From: Myxococcales bacterium
GTDB lineage: Bacteria > Myxococcota_A > Polyangia > Polyangiales > DASUME01
Assembly (NCBI GenBank): GCA_047601445.1
Contig: JASGJH010000001.1
Location: 3,808,001 to 3,872,000 of the forward strand
Reading direction: 5' to 3'
DNA: 64,000 nt
In this document: piece by piece, positions 57,295 through 64,000 of the stretch
How the letters are laid out: each line of letters starts with the position of its first letter
Position numbering within the stretch: the first letter of the stretch is position 1
The notes under the pieces: generated by a model
Told to the model about the DNA's origin: nothing
The model's database searches: none
Seen by the model: only the letters and a program-made list of their open reading frames with translations
Position numbers and translations under genes: made by a program

Positions 57295-58527
57295 GTGGCC
57301 AACACCGAAGTTCGTGCACCCGCGCATCTCGTGGACACCATCCAGGACAGCGTACGCAAGGGCGTCGAGGCCGGCGTGCTGCTGCAGCGCGCCACGGATC
57401 CCGTCTACAACGGCCGCCTGGTGGATATCGAGGGCCACCACCTGTGCAACTTCGGTGGCTGCAGCTACCTGGGCCTCGACCAACGCGAAGAGCTGCGCGA
57501 AGGCGCCATCGACGCCACACGCCACTTCGGCACGCAGTTCTCCTTCTCGCGCGCGTACATCGAATCTCCGCTCTACCACGAGCTCGAAGCCGAACTCGAA
57601 GAGCTCACAGAACGCTTCGTACTCGTGACGCCGAGCACCTCGCTCGGACACCTGGCCACCCTGCCGACCCTGATCACGCCGCGCGATAGCGTGATCGTGG
57701 ATCGCTCGGCCCACGCCAGCATCCACATGGCGCTGGCGGTCCTCAAGGGGATCCGCATCGAGGCGTTGCCCCACAACGACATGCGAGCGGTGGAGGCCGC
57801 GATCAAGCGCCTCGGCGCCGAGTCGGAGCGCGTCTGGTACGTGCTCGACGGCCTGTACTCGATGTTCGGAGACTTTGCGCCCTACAAGGCACTGCACGGG
57901 CTGCTCGAGAAGTACCCGCAATTGTCGCTCTACGTCGACGACGCCCACTCCACGTCCTGGTGCGGCAAGCACGGGCGAGGTTCGGCGCTCGAGAGTCTGC
58001 CGGACTCCGGCCGCATGATCGTGGCCCTCTCGCTCAACAAGGCCTTCTCCGCTGCGGGCGGCGCGATTGCCTATCCCAACGCGGAGATGCGCCGGCAAGT
58101 GCGCGAGTGCGGCGGCCCCATGCTGTTCTCCGGCCCCGTGCAGCCCCCGATGTTAGGCGCGGCCCTGGCCTCGGCGAAGCTCCACATGGAGCCGGGTTTC
58201 GACGACCTTCAGCAACGGCTCATGGAGCGCATCGACCTCGTGAACACGCTCTGCGATGACGCCGGGATCCCACTGGTCAACCACGAGCGGAGTCCCATCT
58301 TCTTCGTACGCTGCGGTCCCGTCGAGGACACGTTCCGACTCTTGCACGGGCTGCGCGAGGAGGGCTTCTTCGCCTGCGCGGGCATGTACCCCGCGGTGCC
58401 GCACGGCAAGTCCGGCCCTCGCTTCACCGTGTCCACGCACAACACCATCGACGACATCCACGCGTTCGTGGAAGCCGTCGCCTACGTGGCCCATGAGAGC
58501 GGCGTGTCCTTTCAGCCGATTCACTAG
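57295..58527 (+). CDS. PLP-dependent alpha-oxoamine synthase family protein (class II aminotransferase)
   Basis: CSYLGL; AHAS; HND; DGLYSMFGD; VDDAH; SLNKAF; FSGP. Confidence 0.85.
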   Translation: MANTEVRAPAHLVDTIQDSVRKGVEAGVLLQRATDPVYNGRLVDIEGHHLCNFGGCSYLGLDQREELREGAIDATRHFGTQFSFSRAYIESPLYHELEAELEELTERFVLVTPSTSLGHLATLPTLITPRDSVIVDRSAHASIHMALAVLKGIRIEALPHNDMRAVEAAIKRLGAESERVWYVLDGLYSMFGDFAPYKALHGLLEKYPQLSLYVDDAHSTSWCGKHGRGSALESLPDSGRMIVALSLNKAFSAAGGAIAYPNAEMRRQVRECGGPMLFSGPVQPPMLGAALASAKLHMEPGFDDLQQRLMERIDLVNTLCDDAGIPLVNHERSPIFFVRCGPVEDTFRLLHGLREEGFFACAGMYPAVPHGKSGPRFTVSTHNTIDDIHAFVEAVAYVAHESGVSFQPIH

Positions 58528-58543
58528 GGACACCCCGACACCC

Positions 58544-59770
58544 CTAACGCGCGAGTGCGACTGGGAGCAACGACCGATTGCGCTTGGCGCGCAGCGAGAG
58601 CTCCGTGATCAGGAACGGCAGATCGAACATCTCGCCCTCCGAGGCGTCGTTGGTGATGGGCGTCAACTGCTGCTGATTGGACACCACCACCAGCTGAGAA
58701 TGGCCCAGGATCGGGGGCAAGAACGCGGTGGAGGAAGGGAAGTTGAACAGCTCCGGATCATCCGCCAGGAGCTGACGCGCGCCGGTGGAGACGTCGATGC
58801 GGATCATGCGCAGCTGCAGCGAGTCGGCCGCGTACACGTAGCACTCGCCAGGCCGGCTCGGGTCGAAGGCCAGGCCCAGCAGTTGCTCCACCACGACGTT
58901 CGCAGGCTTGGGGGAGACCAGTACGATGTCTTCGGCGCGTTGCTCGGGCGTACGGTCGTCGAACAAGGTGTCCACCGGCAGGGCGTAGAGCCCCTCGGCG
59001 CACGGACTGTAGAAGTAGAGCTGACCGTGCCGCACGGCGAGCGGAGATACGCCTGGCAGGGTGCTGCCCGAGAACAGGAAGGGCACACCGCCCACCTCGA
59101 TCAAGGGCATATCGGGGCACATGCGCAGCTGCTCGATGCCCGTCCCCGGAGCCGGGTCCTGCGCCATCACGCCGGGCACGATGCTGCCATCGCTCTCCAC
59201 CAGCCAGAGCGCACCCAGGATGGCGTCGGAGAGCACGTAGCGCCCCTCCCCCAGGCTCACGATGTCCTCCGCGAACCCGACGAGCTCCTGTTCGAAGGAG
59301 ATCGTCCGCTCGAGTCGAGCGTGGAAACCTCCCTCGAGTCCATAAGAGTATTCGTAAATTCGCGGATTGGCCGGCACGAAGGGCGCCGGACTCGGCAAGC
59401 CACCCGCGTCCAACACGGCCAGTCTACGCGGCCCGATCCGGTGCATGATGAAGGGCAACACGAAGCCTGCGGGCGGCGGCGGTAGCTCCCCGATCTGAGT
59501 GTTTCCGAAGCGCGACAATACGGCGACCTTGCCTTCCAGGGGCACACCAACGAAGAGCACCTGATGGTCGCCTGCGATTCCCGCCGGTAGGATCTTTCGG
59601 GTCGCGATCGGAAAGGCCAGCGCGCGCTTGCTGAGCTCGACTTGCAGCTCTTCGCTGGCTGAGTCGAGCTCGGGTTCGGGAGCCTCGTGCGGTGGATCGC
59701 CACAGCTGGCAAGCAACCAGAGCACCCAGAAAGCCAGGGCCGTCGAACCAGCGGTCTTCCCCAAGGACAT
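58544..59770 (-). CDS. Hypothetical lipoprotein, probable beta-propeller
   Basis: Lipobox LAS-C; AEDIV..YVLSD; GLAFDP; NFPSS blade-like motifs. Confidence 0.65.
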   Translation of the reverse strand: MSLGKTAGSTALAFWVLWLLASCGDPPHEAPEPELDSASEELQVELSKRALAFPIATRKILPAGIAGDHQVLFVGVPLEGKVAVLSRFGNTQIGELPPPPAGFVLPFIMHRIGPRRLAVLDAGGLPSPAPFVPANPRIYEYSYGLEGGFHARLERTISFEQELVGFAEDIVSLGEGRYVLSDAILGALWLVESDGSIVPGVMAQDPAPGTGIEQLRMCPDMPLIEVGGVPFLFSGSTLPGVSPLAVRHGQLYFYSPCAEGLYALPVDTLFDDRTPEQRAEDIVLVSPKPANVVVEQLLGLAFDPSRPGECYVYAADSLQLRMIRIDVSTGARQLLADDPELFNFPSSTAFLPPILGHSQLVVVSNQQQLTPITNDASEGEMFDLPFLITELSLRAKRNRSLLPVALAR

Positions 59771-60112
59771 ACGTTCCCCTCGCTGCGAGGGAGGCGAATG
59801 CTCCTCCGCAAGCCCGATTGCGACTGCAACCAACGCCAGCGAGAACGAGCAACGTCGCCGAAGGAGCAGCAGCCCGCTCACCCGCAAAAGACGCACGCAC
59901 GACACCCTGCGGAGCCGCAACGCAGTCATCACGAGCGAGCAAGCCAGTTGCCCGACAGGTCGATCCCGTTCCCAGAGAAAGCTTTGAGTGCGTTTCAGTG
60001 CCGCGCAATCGTTGTCTGGCGGTTCCGTGCGCGCGCGTTCGTATTTGCACTCTGACAGCAGCGCACGTATGGCTGTGGTATCCAAAACGAGGGCGACGGG
60101 AACGATCGACGG

Positions 60113-62920
<2,808 letters not shown>

Positions 62921-63312
62921 CCCACGCGTCATGCGTGCAGCACGGGCGCCGACGTCGGCTCTCGAACTCGGTTGGCTCGCCCACGCATTCGCCCCGCAGC
63001 CCACGTGCATCTGTCGCGGATCACGCGCGCGCACCGCGTCGCGCAAGAACTGACCATCCGGCGCTGACCTTTTTTGGTGGCAATCGCGCGTCGGACGCGC
63101 GTACATAGCCATGGCTGGCTTCGTGAGTCGACGCACACGCGTGTGGCGGCCCACGGCCAGGGGGGCTTGGTGGTACGCCGGTGCCCGGCCGGCTGCGCCA
63201 TCGAACGCTCGTTCCTCGCGGGACGCGCGTGCGGCCGACGTGCGTTCTGCTTGCGTCGGAACCCGCTTCGCTCTGTTCGACACAGTTCGTCCGCTCTGAA
63301 AGGGAAAGTGGG

Positions 63313-64000
63313 ATGGCAAGACCGCCGGCCGACTTGGCCAAGCTGCACCCCAAGCTGCGCATGATCCTCAACGGCAGCTCGACCGTGAACATCGTGCGCT
63401 CCGAGCATTGCTCGGCGCTGTTCGTGAATACGGAAGTCGCCCGCAAGCGCGTGAAGCTGTCGCGTGGTGATCTCGACGCACCCAAGACGCGGCGCGAACT
63501 GCGCGGGGAGAAGCGCGGCAAGCTCACCAAAGCTGCGAGCGACGTGAGTGCCAACGTGCTCGTTCAGCTGAGTGATCCCACGAGTCCCCTCGAGCATGGG
63601 CTCACCGCCAGCGCAAGCCGTGGCAGCTTTGCCACGGTCAGCGCCCCCCTCGATCGCATCCCCTCGCTGACCAAGGGTGCCGTGCGCGTGGAGCTAGCCG
63701 AGGCGCTCACCGATCCTTCCCCCAAGCTGGAGGTCGAGAGCACGCAACCGCGGCCGCGCCGTAATCTGCAGACCAAGGTCCGACATCGTGACGGGCAGGG
63801 CGTGCTGATCGGCATCATCGACGTGCAGGGCTTCGACTTCGCGCACCCCGACTTCCTCGATCCCAAAGGCAATACCCGCTTCGTGGCGATCTGGGACCAA
63901 GGTGGCCACAACCGCCCGCCCCCCAAGCCCTACCACTACGGCTCCGAACTCACGCGGCAGCAGCTGACGCGGGCCATCCGCGAGAGCTCCCAGATCGGCG
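63313..64000 (+). CDS. S8 subtilisin-family serine peptidase, 3'-truncated by window edge
   Basis: Absent from the ORF track because it has no stop. Reads MARPPADLAKLHPKLRM...GQGVLIGIIDVQGFDFAHPDF...TRFVAIWDQ, the catalytic Asp motif. Confidence 0.85.
   Translation, partial: MARPPADLAKLHPKLRMILNGSSTVNIVRSEHCSALFVNTEVARKRVKLSRGDLDAPKTRRELRGEKRGKLTKAASDVSANVLVQLSDPTSPLEHGLTASASRGSFATVSAPLDRIPSLTKGAVRVELAEALTDPSPKLEVESTQPRPRRNLQTKVRHRDGQGVLIGIIDVQGFDFAHPDFLDPKGNTRFVAIWDQGGHNRPPPKPYHYGSELTRQQLTRAIRESSQIG

Noticed and set aside
57295..58527. Gene symbol bioF or spt
   Set aside because: The motifs show family membership only; there is no supporting operon context.

Overview
GC-rich chromosomal window with myxobacterial (Myxococcota, probably Polyangia-like) gene content; the taxon is inferred from content only. 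It holds about 50 CDS: many secreted or lipoprotein genes (five Cys-rich), a Ser/Thr kinase-TPR-binding protein unit, three histidine kinases, three response regulators, two ECF sigma factors, two AraC and one LysR regulator, tam, thioredoxin, a DnaJ/CbpM-like pair, glnD, an osmoprotectant ABC transporter, patatin, PLD, an alpha-oxoamine synthase and a truncated subtilase. I found no rRNA, tRNA, CRISPR array or transposase. The best candidate for an undescribed system is 45704-50756. A translationally coupled operon encodes a di-haem cytochrome c peroxidase-like protein lacking the catalytic Glu, a DAHL-type sensor kinase and a sigma54 enhancer-binding regulator. It faces a DUF3455 lipoprotein gene with a near-consensus sigma54 promoter, and TTGCGCAA boxes occur upstream of both units. 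Other oddities: a frameshifted ferritin-like gene, a gene whose N-terminus needs an ACG start, a four-copy direct/inverted repeat cluster, an AT-rich palindromic island, a charge-bipartite beta-repeat protein, an ECF with a C-terminal sensor-like domain, and a large atypical di-haem lipoprotein. All family assignments come from motifs recognised by eye, not database searches.
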